DNA from: Folioceros fuciformis
Lineage: Eukaryota
Direction of reading: 5' to 3'
Length of the DNA stretch: 23,133 nucleotides
Assembly (NCBI GenBank): GCA_049999805.1
Contig: JBNGIO010006304.1
Location: 416,157 to 439,289, forward strand
In this document: one piece after another, positions 1-9,714 of the stretch
Layout of the letters: every line of letters begins with the position of its first letter
Position numbering within the stretch: position 1 is the first letter of the stretch
The notes under the pieces: model-generated
What the model was told of the DNA's origin: nothing
Databases searched by the model: none
What the model saw: the letters and a program-made list of their open reading frames with translations, nothing else
Translations under genes and position numbers: made by a program

Positions 1-587
1 TTCGTTTTCTCTTGATGTAGAGGAGTCCCAGGGAGCCCAACTGTGTGAAACGCCTTTCCCCGCACCGTTCCCTCACAAATGACTGACCACCGGATGGGCT
101 GTCCGACCTTCCTGTTACCTCACCTCCGTCTCTATCACACCAAGTACGCTTCAAAATTTAAACAACGGGACTAGATCGGACCCCACAAGCTTTCTCGGTG
201 CCAATCCATCTGAATCATGGACTTGGTGCACAGGCGCTTGTGAAGTTTCGAAGGTTACACGACAGCCCAAAGGTCCGAGGATCAATTCGGACATTTATTA
301 CGGAGCAAATAATCAATCATTCGTAAATCACATCTTACAATACAAACGCAATACAGCGTGTAAAGCGAGCTTGCCCTGCGTCGCTCCAAGTTCAACCTGA
401 GAAGGGCTCCCAACTCGCTTTCCCCAATTTCCCTGTACACGGCGGCGTGAGGGTTATTAAATCCCGTTCACGCCAAAAACAAGCATATCGTTCGGGAGTG
501 ACCGACGAACATGCATACCGTCCATTCGGTTGCAGAAGGTGAGAATAAGTTAGATGTCGGGAAGCAAGCCTCCGTAGCGCAGCGCTG

Positions 588-2468
588 TCATACTGACCCT
601 TCCGGTTCATGATGGAAAACCTGCGTCTGATCGCGGTCCCCGAGGGGAAAGGCAGCTTTGGTCGAGAGCTCGTCGACCATGGAGAGGATGTACTTGGTCT
701 TGGCCACCAGTTCGATGAGCAGCGAGGAAAACTTGACGAAGGACAGCGCAGCCACTCTTTCGGAGGTAGCATCCCACTCAGTGTCGAGGGAGTCGCTGTG
801 CTGAAACAAATCGCTTTGCCAGTCCGGCCGACAACTGGCGTCGGTGGCATCAAACTCTCCTCCATCCGCATTCGGGTGCGAGTGCTGAGCTCCCTGAGGC
901 CGCGCGTTGGTGGCGCCGGGGATGGGAATGCCACCACTGTTGCCGGTGCCTGGATTCGAGGGATGGTTATCCCCCAGGAGGATGGAAGAATGTTTCCGGA
1001 TCTTGTGCTGGAGCCGCAGCGCGGCCTCCTGCGCCTTTTGCACCACGTCCTGGTGTTGGTAGCGGCGCATGTTGCGGATGGTGGCTCCCATGAGCCTCAG
1101 GGCCGCTCCGCACTGGTGCCCTATCATCTGCAGCTCTTCCCGGAAGATGAAGCGCACAAAGTGCGGGGCTTGGATCTCGGCTCGCAGACAGGCGTCCAAC
1201 GCGATCACGTCGTAGAGCTCGTACCGCAAGTTGTCGATAATGTCGGAGTAGAGATCCCAGGGAAAACCCCAGAAGAAATTCCCATGGCAGGGTTCAAAGG
1301 GCACGGCCTTCATCAACTTGTCCACATCCGAATCGGCCGCGAGGATCTCGTAGAAGCTGGTGAAGATGTTATCCACGGGAGTCTTCTTGCGGAGGGTTTC
1401 GGGAACAGGGTCCAGGACGACCCCGTTGCAGTAGGCGCGGACGCAGCCTTCGACTACGTTGCCCGCAGTGTGGAAGTTCTTTGCCACCAGCTTGTTCACC
1501 ATGTCCCCCGCGTACGCCGGCGCCAGGCTCAGATTCACCAGCAGCGCGATGAGGAAGCCGATGAAGATAGTCACCAGTCGCACCAGCGGTAGTGCCAGCT
1601 TCTCCCGGAACGCACTCTTGGAGAGGATGAGCAGGTGGAAGGTGATCATGGACATGACCACTGCGTAGTTCCACTTATCCTTAAACGGCCTCCGGAACTT
1701 GAACACGGTGGGGATAGCAGCCCCCAGGAACACGCAGAAGACGATGAAGTGAGTCTCGTAGCCACCGAACGAGGGCGCCGACAGATTGACAAAGAGCGCC
1801 ATCATCGCCGCCACCAGCGTCCCCACCGTCCGGTTCAACCCCTTGCTGAAGGTGAGCCCAACGGAGGCCTCAAGAACGATGTCCACCGTCACCACGGCCC
1901 ACACCCCGTTCTGGTCGATGTTGCTGTACAGCGGCGGCAAGAAGCAGAGCATGGACGCAATGGTGGCCGCCAGCCCTGCCTTGAAGGGGAAGGCCAGAGG
2001 TCCGCCCGCCATGGCCTGCAAGGTTTTCCACTTCCGCACCGGCCATGTCACGCACTCCAGGCACCCCCGTCTCGCACCCGCCGCCCCTTCTAGATCTTGT
2101 TGCGGCCCGGGACCCTGCCCGGAGACAGGCCCTGGAATCGGCAGGGAGGAGAAGGACGAGGCCTGACTGCTGGCGGCGAATCGTCTCTGCTTGCGCCATA
2201 TGAGAGAGCGCTGGCGGACCAAGCTCGGGATGCGTTCGATGCACCCGGCTTCGATCTGCTCCTGCTGCTGCTGCTGATCCTGCTGATGGAGGGATTGAAG
2301 GAGGCCCCGCGTCTCCTTGTCCAGCTCAGTGTCCGCTTCTCCATTCTCGACCCATGCGCTGCTGTTGTAAGACCAGGATGGAGGGGGCGTAGTGGAGGGA
2401 GCGGAGGGGGGCCACCGGCCCTGCAGCAAGGGCTGGGTGAGCGCGTCCGTCTGCCGGGAGCTTTCCAT
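588..2468 (-). CDS. ALMT: Aluminium-activated malate transporter (ALMT) family anion channel, single coding exon, about 626 aa
   Basis: Uninterrupted ORF with ALMT motifs: KAGLAATIAS (TM1), WAVVTVDIVLEASVGLTFSKGLNRTVGTL, RLVTIFIG, FEPCHGNFFWGFPW (WEP-box equivalent), LDACLRAEIQAP and C-terminal FSSLLIELVAK. The first ATG is at 2468. The ORF-track start at 2495 is a GTG just inside a splice acceptor. Confidence 0.93.
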   Translation of the reverse strand: MESSRQTDALTQPLLQGRWPPSAPSTTPPPSWSYNSSAWVENGEADTELDKETRGLLQSLHQQDQQQQQEQIEAGCIERIPSLVRQRSLIWRKQRRFAASSQASSFSSLPIPGPVSGQGPGPQQDLEGAAGARRGCLECVTWPVRKWKTLQAMAGGPLAFPFKAGLAATIASMLCFLPPLYSNIDQNGVWAVVTVDIVLEASVGLTFSKGLNRTVGTLVAAMMALFVNLSAPSFGGYETHFIVFCVFLGAAIPTVFKFRRPFKDKWNYAVVMSMITFHLLILSKSAFREKLALPLVRLVTIFIGFLIALLVNLSLAPAYAGDMVNKLVAKNFHTAGNVVEGCVRAYCNGVVLDPVPETLRKKTPVDNIFTSFYEILAADSDVDKLMKAVPFEPCHGNFFWGFPWDLYSDIIDNLRYELYDVIALDACLRAEIQAPHFVRFIFREELQMIGHQCGAALRLMGATIRNMRRYQHQDVVQKAQEAALRLQHKIRKHSSILLGDNHPSNPGTGNSGGIPIPGATNARPQGAQHSHPNADGGEFDATDASCRPDWQSDLFQHSDSLDTEWDATSERVAALSFVKFSSLLIELVAKTKYILSMVDELSTKAAFPLGDRDQTQVFHHEPEGSV

Positions 2469-2800
2469 CGTCTCGACGCCGCTGCCTCTCTCCACACCTG
2501 CAACAACTTAATAGCGTGCGCATTGCATGGTCGCAGTCTAAAACTCACCAAGGCCAAGCGAAGGAGAAATCGAGAGTCGACAATACTAAAAACCTGCCTT
2601 CACAGGATCCCAGTCTTGGTATATATTCCCATAACAATGCTCATTCCTACCGCCGATACCCCTGCCGCATTCTTATTTTACGGAGTCCACCCGCATACGA
2701 AAGCAAGACGTGTGCGACTGCGCCACCGGCAACCGGGTGACGCCCCCGTACGACATAGCTACAGGGACATACCTCTTCATGCTGCCTCCTGCCCCTGCTC

Positions 2801-5800
2801 TCAGAGTATCAAGACCTCGTCCAGACTGGAGCTATGGCTGATGGAAAGTCCGTGCTCATTTGCCAGATGCAATAAGCAGATGAGGCACAAGGCCACTGAC
2901 ACGCTTGCAGCGCTCTCACCTCCAGGCCTCTCCTCCGCTACATGTTGCAACACATCTTGGAAAGAGATGCCCCCGCAAAAGCGATTCTGTCCAGTCGGTA
3001 GGGCTCAACGATTACACATAGAACGCGCAAGCAAGAACATGGCAACAGGCAGGAGGGCATATTCACTTACAGAGGGCTCCTCCTGTTGGCTTTCTCGTTG
3101 GGCCGTAATGCTCTTCTCTTGCAGATGCCGCCACATCGATTCTTTCAGACTATGGACGTCAACCTGCTTGGAAGTTCTCTCATAGTTCACAGACACCTTT
3201 TGCACCTGTCAGTACACAAAGAGAAGTGATGCGCTGGTCACTCTATAGCGCTGAAGAAACAATAATGTATTGCACCACCGTCGCTCGTACAAAAGGAACA
3301 GAAATGCATCCAGAAGATGTACCTTTCGTGGCTCAGCCACAAGGTCGCACGTGTCAGGATCTTCCACATCACTGTGAGGGCTACCGCCATCCCAGTCGTC
3401 AGCATCACCGGATCCCAGAGCCTCCGCCTCATCCCAGATGTCCCCAATACTGCTCATGCTTGCCGTGCCTTCCACATTCTCCCGGCTTCTGCTTCGTGTT
3501 CCTGCACATTAGCAAGGACTTGCTGGTAACACTTTCGTGGAATTAGGGAGCAAACAGTTTCGAAAGATCCAACAAACAGGTTCAGGGACAATCAGTGCAA
3601 CCTGCTCTCTTCTTCCCGCTCTTTCTCGTATGCTGCACACCAGAAGTCGCGAGTGAGTTCACAACTATTGCAGCACAAACCAAATGGGAAGCCAAAAAAG
3701 GGAGAGACATCATCTCTGGAGAATAGTTGCCTCCCTACCACAATAGGGCGCAAAAAGAGCTGGACAAGATCGAGAGCTTGGTAGTGGCAATCCTCTGGCA
3801 AAAGCGTGGAACTCTCAGACCGTCGCTGCGCCAGGGTGGAGGCCCGCAAGTTGTACCGCTTAGTGGTGCTACTCGGGTCCTTGGGAGCTGCGAATCGGGA
3901 AACGTCCACCTCGGCTGTATGGTTGAAGTTCACTACAAATTGCTCACAACTCTTCCTTGATTTCCTCGTTTCCTTGCCTATGATTTTGGCGTCCGATTCT
4001 GGGTCTGAGAACACACAGCGAGATGAGGCTCGAACCTATATGACCCTGCCATGGGGTCCGAGCTACGGTGCTTCGTAGCTTCGGAATAGGTGTGACGGCT
4101 TTTGTATCTTGTTCAGCGTTTTCGTGTTAGACCTCATGGCAGGAAAACACTGAACAAGATACGATAGCCGTCACACCTATTCCGAAGCTCCGAAGCACCG
4201 TAGCTCGGAAACAAAACAATGGCATTGTCAGGTCTTACCTTCAGCTCTCCGGAACTTCCAGTGGTCAGGACCAGCCCATGCGTTGGACTTGGCGACATGC
4301 CCCGCCTTACCCACCAGCCAGCCCAAAGCTTCGTCGTCTTCGGCTACTTGACTCTTAGGAGAATCTACGTCCTCGTCATACACGTCCCCCTGCTTATAAT
4401 CGAGTCAGACAAAAAGAATCGTCTTGCCGAAGAGGCAGATCGTTAACTGGAAAGTAAGCTGAGGCGGAAGGAAAATAGCATATATTTACCCCATCATCCT
4501 CTTGCACAGAAGCTGATAGAGGGCTATACCCAGCCACACTACCTTCCTCTCCGGCAGAAAAGTCATCTGCCATATCATCGTAACCATTCTGATGCAGAAC
4601 TTCGCCATAGCCGTCTTCTCTATCAACATGTGCGTTGTCGTTGAAACAGCGATAGGGATCCAGCGACCAGTCTTGTCCAGAACTTGTCTGTTCCTTTGTA
4701 GACTCTGCTTCAGCTGCTCTCCTAACCGGGTCATCTATGCCTCTCAGAATTTCATGCAATGTCGGGCTGATGACAGGAAATTTAGAGAGCTCGGAGACCA
4801 TGTCGCTGATGAGATCTGCAAGAAATATTCGTATCGTGTGCACCCCCATTGTAAGATTTTGACGACCTATCCAGCCACATCCCACACAGATACGTCCTCC
4901 CCAAATTCGACTGACCATTTCGCAAGGAAGTAACAACCTTTCATGGAAGACAAATCCACAGTGGCACCCCCAGCACATTCTTGTGAAGCTTCAGCTTTCA
5001 TTTTCCTCTCAGGTATCTCCAGGGAGTCGAAAACTAAATCACAGTGTCCGTACACACTGAGAGTATTCAAAAGAAGACCCTTGGCACCTCCCTCGTCAAA
5101 CTGCGCCGAAGTCAAGTGAAACAGCGGATCCACAGCGAAGGCAACTGCATCATCAAGATCAGGAGTGTCTGTGAAGGGGAACGACTTGAGGAAAAAAATG
5201 ACAACAAAATAAATCATGGTGGGGTAAGCAAACGGGGTAACACTGCAAGCACTGAGAGATTGACCTATTGGCACAGTATGTGATGAATACCGTCAAACTT
5301 TTTAATATTCAGTGACTCGAACGTTGATGCTAATGTAGAATCTCCCTGCGGACATGACAAAGGATGATCAGGAATTGGAGGGACAAGATACAATGGAAGA
5401 ATCCCATAGCCCTGCCAACATTGTAGACCAGTGTAAAGACGAGTGGGATGTGTTACGACTAGAAGGATGTGGGGTCTGTGTGAAGCCGTATGATACTACC
5501 CTTACCTTTTTGCTAGATCCGTCTTTACAATTTTGTAAACTGTCCCCCACATCTTCTGCATCGGCGTTCTCCTCTGCATCATCTAATGCTACATCACCCC
5601 ACCCACGGACAGGGAGGATGTGAAACAAGTTAGTAGAGGATTATCCACAGTTGTAATGAGGACTTCAACCGATGTTCAAGCCGTGTCTCAGGTGTGAATC
5701 ATTCTTCACTAGCTTACCGTCAACCGCATTCTCACGAGCAGAATGACGACTGAGCCCACCAAGTACTTTGAATGCCTGGGAATGCACAGAGTCCACTCTG

Positions 5801-6391
5801 GTGGCATATATCTTAATGCCAGCTTCGAGACTGCAGCTCGCCTGCGCCAAACCGAGCATGAGTCCTTCCATGGCCATCCCCCTCACGATATTGTGAACTA
5901 ACATATGGTAAGAGACAACACCTTCTGAAAATTACACTGAAGGTCCTCGTTGTCGTTGTTCTTGAAAACATCACTGAGATGATCGATGAGTGGCAGCTCC
6001 CAAGTATTTTGCTGGGTGATTTTCTGGTAGACACACGTCTCTTCACCACATCAGTGACCGAGAAGCCCCTCAGAGAGCCGGAGAAGATTTTCAACTTCGA
6101 AACATTGCGTAAACATTCTACAACAAAGCTTCTACAACATACATTCTCCGCGGCAAGCTTCAAGCAGCTTTCCAGAAGACCAGCTATGGCGTCGTCATTC
6201 AACAGGTTGCTGTCCTCCTGCGAGCTCTCCGCTGTGAAGTCGGCAGACATAAGCGTGCGCCGTTGCGCGGCAGCCCGCGCGGCTCGGAGTCGAGCTCGCT
6301 CCGTTGCATCATCGTTAGGGCTGAGAAAATGCTGCCCGGGGGAGTAGGTCCTCGCCTTGAGGGGGTTCCTCACACTGGTGCCGGCAGCCAT
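2801..6391 (-). CDS. CAP-H: Condensin I complex subunit 2 (CAP-H/Barren kleisin), 13 exons, about 697 aa
   Basis: Phase-consistent GT-AG exons: 6391-6143, 6023-5922, 5841-5718, 5588-5506 (acceptor uncertain), 5345-5291, 5144-4938, 4815-4490, 4389-4239, 4004-3739, 3632-3602, 3501-3323, 3205-3071, 2986-2801. Total 2094 nt. Motifs: KLAAENKITQQNTW, NFQKASCSLEAGIKIYATRVDSVH, VDPLFHLTSAQFDEGGAKGLLLN, WAGPDHWK, YERTSKQVDVHSLK, CLLHLANEHGL. Confidence 0.93.
4057..4209. repeat. Inverted repeat (67-bp arms, 19-nt loop) inside CAP-H intron 8
   Basis: Arm 4057-4123 matches the reverse complement of 4143-4209 at 63 of 67 positions. The host intron (4238-4005, 234 nt) is the longest in the gene. Confidence 0.95.
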
Positions 6392-6824
6392 GATCCCACC
6401 TGAGCTGCTGCCGCCCTGCTCAATCCCAGCAACACTGCACTCCAACCCAGTTCCACCGCATTCCCCACCCACCCACGGCACAAGCACAGTCTTTACCACA
6501 TCCCTCTACAGGTACGCCGGACAGAGAGAAGGGCCGGTGGCAAGCAATAGCAGATCTTGGTGTTTGTCCAAGCTCAAACTACGGGCTGTCAGCAGCGAAG
6601 CTCAGCGGTTTCCTCCCCCCAACAGTTCCAAGAACATCCACTCCATGTTCCACCGTGATCCCGCCAAGACTGTTATCCGCTGCCCTGCTACCTGCTGCGC
6701 TACCAGGTCGGCTGTTTTGAGAACTCATCCTCCAGATGGCAAGGATTAGCTCTATTCCACGAGTGTGACCAGCGGAAAAGGCCACTTCCGTCCAAGGTTC
6801 CGACAGATAGTTTAAACTCTTGCG

Positions 6825-6873
6825 TTGGCGCCAATCCTGGCCCACAGTCGAAAGGTAACAAACCCTCACCGTT
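6825..6873. promoter_or_regulatory. Possible cell-cycle elements upstream of CAP-H (E2F-like palindrome and one MSA core)
   Basis: TTGGCGCCAA at 6825-6834 and AACGGT on the minus strand at 6873-6868, 430-480 nt upstream of the CAP-H ATG. Both motifs are short and could occur by chance. Confidence 0.25.
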
Positions 6874-6978
6874 CTTAAAATAAGACAAAAACATTTCCAT
6901 ATTGCTTAAGTGTTTCCTCGTTGTAACTTTGAGCCAGAAAGAAATTTCTAATAACACTGAAAAAATATTGTGCATCCA

Positions 6979-7050
6979 GGGCATTTGGTCTAGTGGTATG
7001 ATTCTTGCTTAGGGTGCAAGAGGTCGCGAGTTCGATTCTCGCAATGCCCC
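6979..7050 (+). tRNA. tRNA-Pro (anticodon AGG)
   Basis: 72-nt cloverleaf. Acceptor stem GGGCATT/AATGCCC, anticodon stem CTTGC/GCAAG around loop TTAGGGT, T arm GCGAG-TTCGATT-CTCGC, A box TGGTCTAGTGG. Confidence 0.97.
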
Positions 7051-7068
7051 GTCTTTCTCGTCAGATAG

Positions 7069-7073
7069 TTTTT
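7069..7073 (+). terminator. Pol III T5 terminator of tRNA-Pro
   Basis: TTTTT starts 19 nt after the tRNA 3' end. Confidence 0.6.
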
Positions 7074-7888
7074 CTCACTCCAAGTTGGAGTTCTATTTCA
7101 TGCACCAAGGTGTTGATCGTGGTGCACAGTCTGAACCGGCGGACGAAATCGCACACACCTCAAGAGTTGCTGTTGAATGGACATCGCGGAATCCCTGATA
7201 AAAGTCATGTCTACATGATTGGTTCCCCCACCTGCGTATCACGGGCCTCACTAATCGTCCGCGGAGCTGAACTTAAGTTAATTCTCTCCGCCCTTGTCAT
7301 TTCTGCTGCGGCGGCGGCGGCGGTGGCCCTGCCTTGTACAGGGTTGACCCTGTGAACATGTTGGACCCTTAAGACCATGTTGGGACCTTGGAGGTTCCGG
7401 CTCACCGCGGACGGCTCTGCACAACCCCCCACACCCCCCGGGGGCTGTCACCCTTTCGAGACACTGCACATAGCGTCGAAACGCCGTAATGGCCTGTTCA
7501 CAATGTATGTACAGCGGATGAAACATATTGGACGACTGAAATTCTAAAACACCTAGATTTATTTTTTTACAGGACGAACAGGCTGGTGAAGTCGACAGTT
7601 TGTTAGCAGAGAGAGCAGTTGCAAACCAGGAGACATTTCCCCCTCATAAGTTCCTACCCCGCTTTGCCCTTTCTACCACTGCAGTGACTCCACGGGGCGC
7701 CAGGTAGCTTGTTCGAATACATCCTTGCCTGCCTGCCTCAGGAATTAGGTATGCGCCAGCGAGCTGACAAAGTGAACGAGGCAACCAAACACTCACCAAA
7801 TGCAGGACGCGTCAATGCCTTTTTGCAGCAATGCTCACTTGGTTGGCAGAAACGAACCCTGTCTCTGCCCCCTTGCTGTCATCATTAC

Positions 7889-9149
7889 CTATCCGAACTT
7901 CCAATTCTCTTTCAAATAGAGAACGCCTTCTTGCTGAGACACAAGGCCCTTGGTCAGTTAAACACTGACCTTGAAAACACCAATCCCTGGAAAACAGGCA
8001 AGCTGGATATCCAGCTTGCCTACAAGAACACTCGCCCCTCACCAGCACGAAGAGGAAAAAGCACCCTGCTGCACCGGGGAAGAGTATGTACCACCAGGCA
8101 AGCTGATGGAACCTCGGATTATCGATGAAGATGAGGGGAACGGCAGCAGCTGAGACAAACGTCACAAACTTAGTTATACACAAGACGGCTGAAGCATCAC
8201 CAAAACTGCAGCATTGGTACTTACCGGGCGGATGGAAGGATCCCGTGTACTGCATGAACGCAATGGAGCCGGCAACAGCGAGGCCGCGCGCCAGCAGGCT
8301 AGGGCCGAAAGCGGCCAAAGCTGCCACTCCCATCATGGCACAGGCGAAATGTGCCACCAGCACGGTGTACTTCTGCAGTCCCCCGGATCACGGCGGCAGT
8401 CAGAGCTGATTCACCACAACCGGCAACCGAGCTGTGCACCAGGTGCGCGCACACACGCACCTGGGAGGCGGGAGATTTGGGAGTGATGAAGAGGAGAGCA
8501 CAAACAGCGCCGAAGGAAGCCATAGTGAACTTCAAGCCCCTGGCTGCCAGAACGTCATCCACAAAGCTGAAGAAAGCCATGGCCAAAAATGCTCCTGTGA
8601 CGTAATGAATCCAAGCAGTGAGATTCAACCTCCACCGCTGCGGCCGGAGATCTGCGAGGCAGCTAGGCGCACCAAACATCACCTGCGGAGGGCCAGAAGA
8701 CGTCGCTGAGGCGGGGGGGAGGCGCGGCGGGGCCTCTCGCCTGGGCCAGCTTCTGCCAGAAAGTAGCTCCCCCGGCGGCGGGCTCGTTCCCGGGCAACGG
8801 CGCAGCGGCGTCGGAGGAGGCGCGCACAATCCGGCGGGCTGTCCAGACCCCGCCTGCCTTGTGGCTCCCGACCACCAGGAAAGGCTGGGAAACATCCACA
8901 GCCACTCGGGTTCCATGGAAGGAGGATGGAAGGAGCGGGTCACGGCAGGAGGCAGCGGTGCGAGTCTGCGACAGAGAAGAAGCAAGCTTCACCTTCAGCT
9001 TCTGGCGATGGCCATGATCGGCACTGAGCTTGCGCAACGACGAGGCGAACCTGGAATCGGGGACGCCAGTGGTGCAGAGTGGCGCAGGCGGAAGAACCGC
9101 AGTAGAGCTCGTTCAGAGCCTGCAGAGCCCCTATGACCGCGGCGCCCAT
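7889..9149 (-). CDS. HPP-family integral membrane protein (NITR2-like plastid nitrite transporter), 6 exons, about 271 aa
   Basis: Phase-consistent exons: 9149-9051, 8965-8683, 8594-8461, 8372-8225, 8149-8043, 7933-7889. Motifs ASFGAVCALLFITPKSPASQ, TGSFHPPAAAVPLIFID and C-terminal QEGVLYLKENWKFG. The N-terminus is Ser/Ala/Arg-rich and resembles a transit peptide. Confidence 0.88.
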
Positions 9150-9566
9150 GGCACCTCCCTGCGTGAAGCGTGAAACGTGAAGGAAACGAGAATGCGCCCC
9201 AGGAAGGGGACACTGTCCCCGCCACTAAAATACACACACCATCCGGTGTCCGTCCTCTCACGGCGAGGGCGCCTTGCTGCGGGTGCGGCTACTCGTTTCG
9301 GACATCTTCAGCACATCTCCCAATCCATTTATAACAAACCCAGTAATAAAAGATAACAGCTCCGATTTTCTTCAATGGCTACACTTTCCCTTGCAGTGTT
9401 TTCTCGCAGTTACTTGTGGGTACTAGACTATTCTGATCCATTTTATGATGACCGTAATTTCATTCACGGTTTCTCGCTGTACCAGCGAACATCACGTGAT
9501 CTCGAGTCTCCAGGAGAGAAATTTTCCACCTACAGTGTGCTCTACTCCCGCTATGGTTCCAACGCT

Positions 9567-9714
9567 GTGTGTGCAGCTTTCCGATGCAAAAGTCGGCTGC
9601 GAAAGGTGCTTCCAGCCTTGGATGAAACAATCTCCTGCGAGGAGTGTCTCCAGCTTTTGGTGCAACAATTGCTGCGTGGCGTGCTTCCAGCTTTTGATGC
9701 AACAATCTCCGGCA
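9567..9714. repeat. Degenerate tandem repeat, unit about 37-39 bp, about 4 copies
   Basis: Units start near 9567, 9606, 9644 and 9681. Consensus is approximately GTGCTTCCAGCTTTTGATGCAACAATCTCCTGCG. Confidence 0.7.

Noticed and set aside
609..2166. Long plus-strand ORFs (327, 152 and 126 aa)
   Set aside because: They are antisense shadows of the GC3-rich ALMT coding sequence and have no recognisable motifs.
2468..2803. CAP-H-ALMT fusion protein
   Set aside because: The two are in frame after the putative splice, but two TGA stops intervene and CAP-H ends at its normal C-terminus.
2097..3185. 362-aa plus-strand ORF spanning the ALMT/CAP-H junction
   Set aside because: It has a non-ATG start, lies antisense to two real genes and has no domain. 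Most likely a chance ORF in GC-rich DNA.
4045..4209. Hammerhead ribozyme, retrozyme or Helitron end in the intronic hairpin
   Set aside because: No CTGANGA...GAAA core and no hairpin-plus-CTRR terminus were seen.
7560..7888. 3'UTR introns of the HPP gene (donor-like sites right after the stop and near 7796)
   Set aside because: No reading-frame constraint is available to validate them, so they cannot be supported without transcripts.
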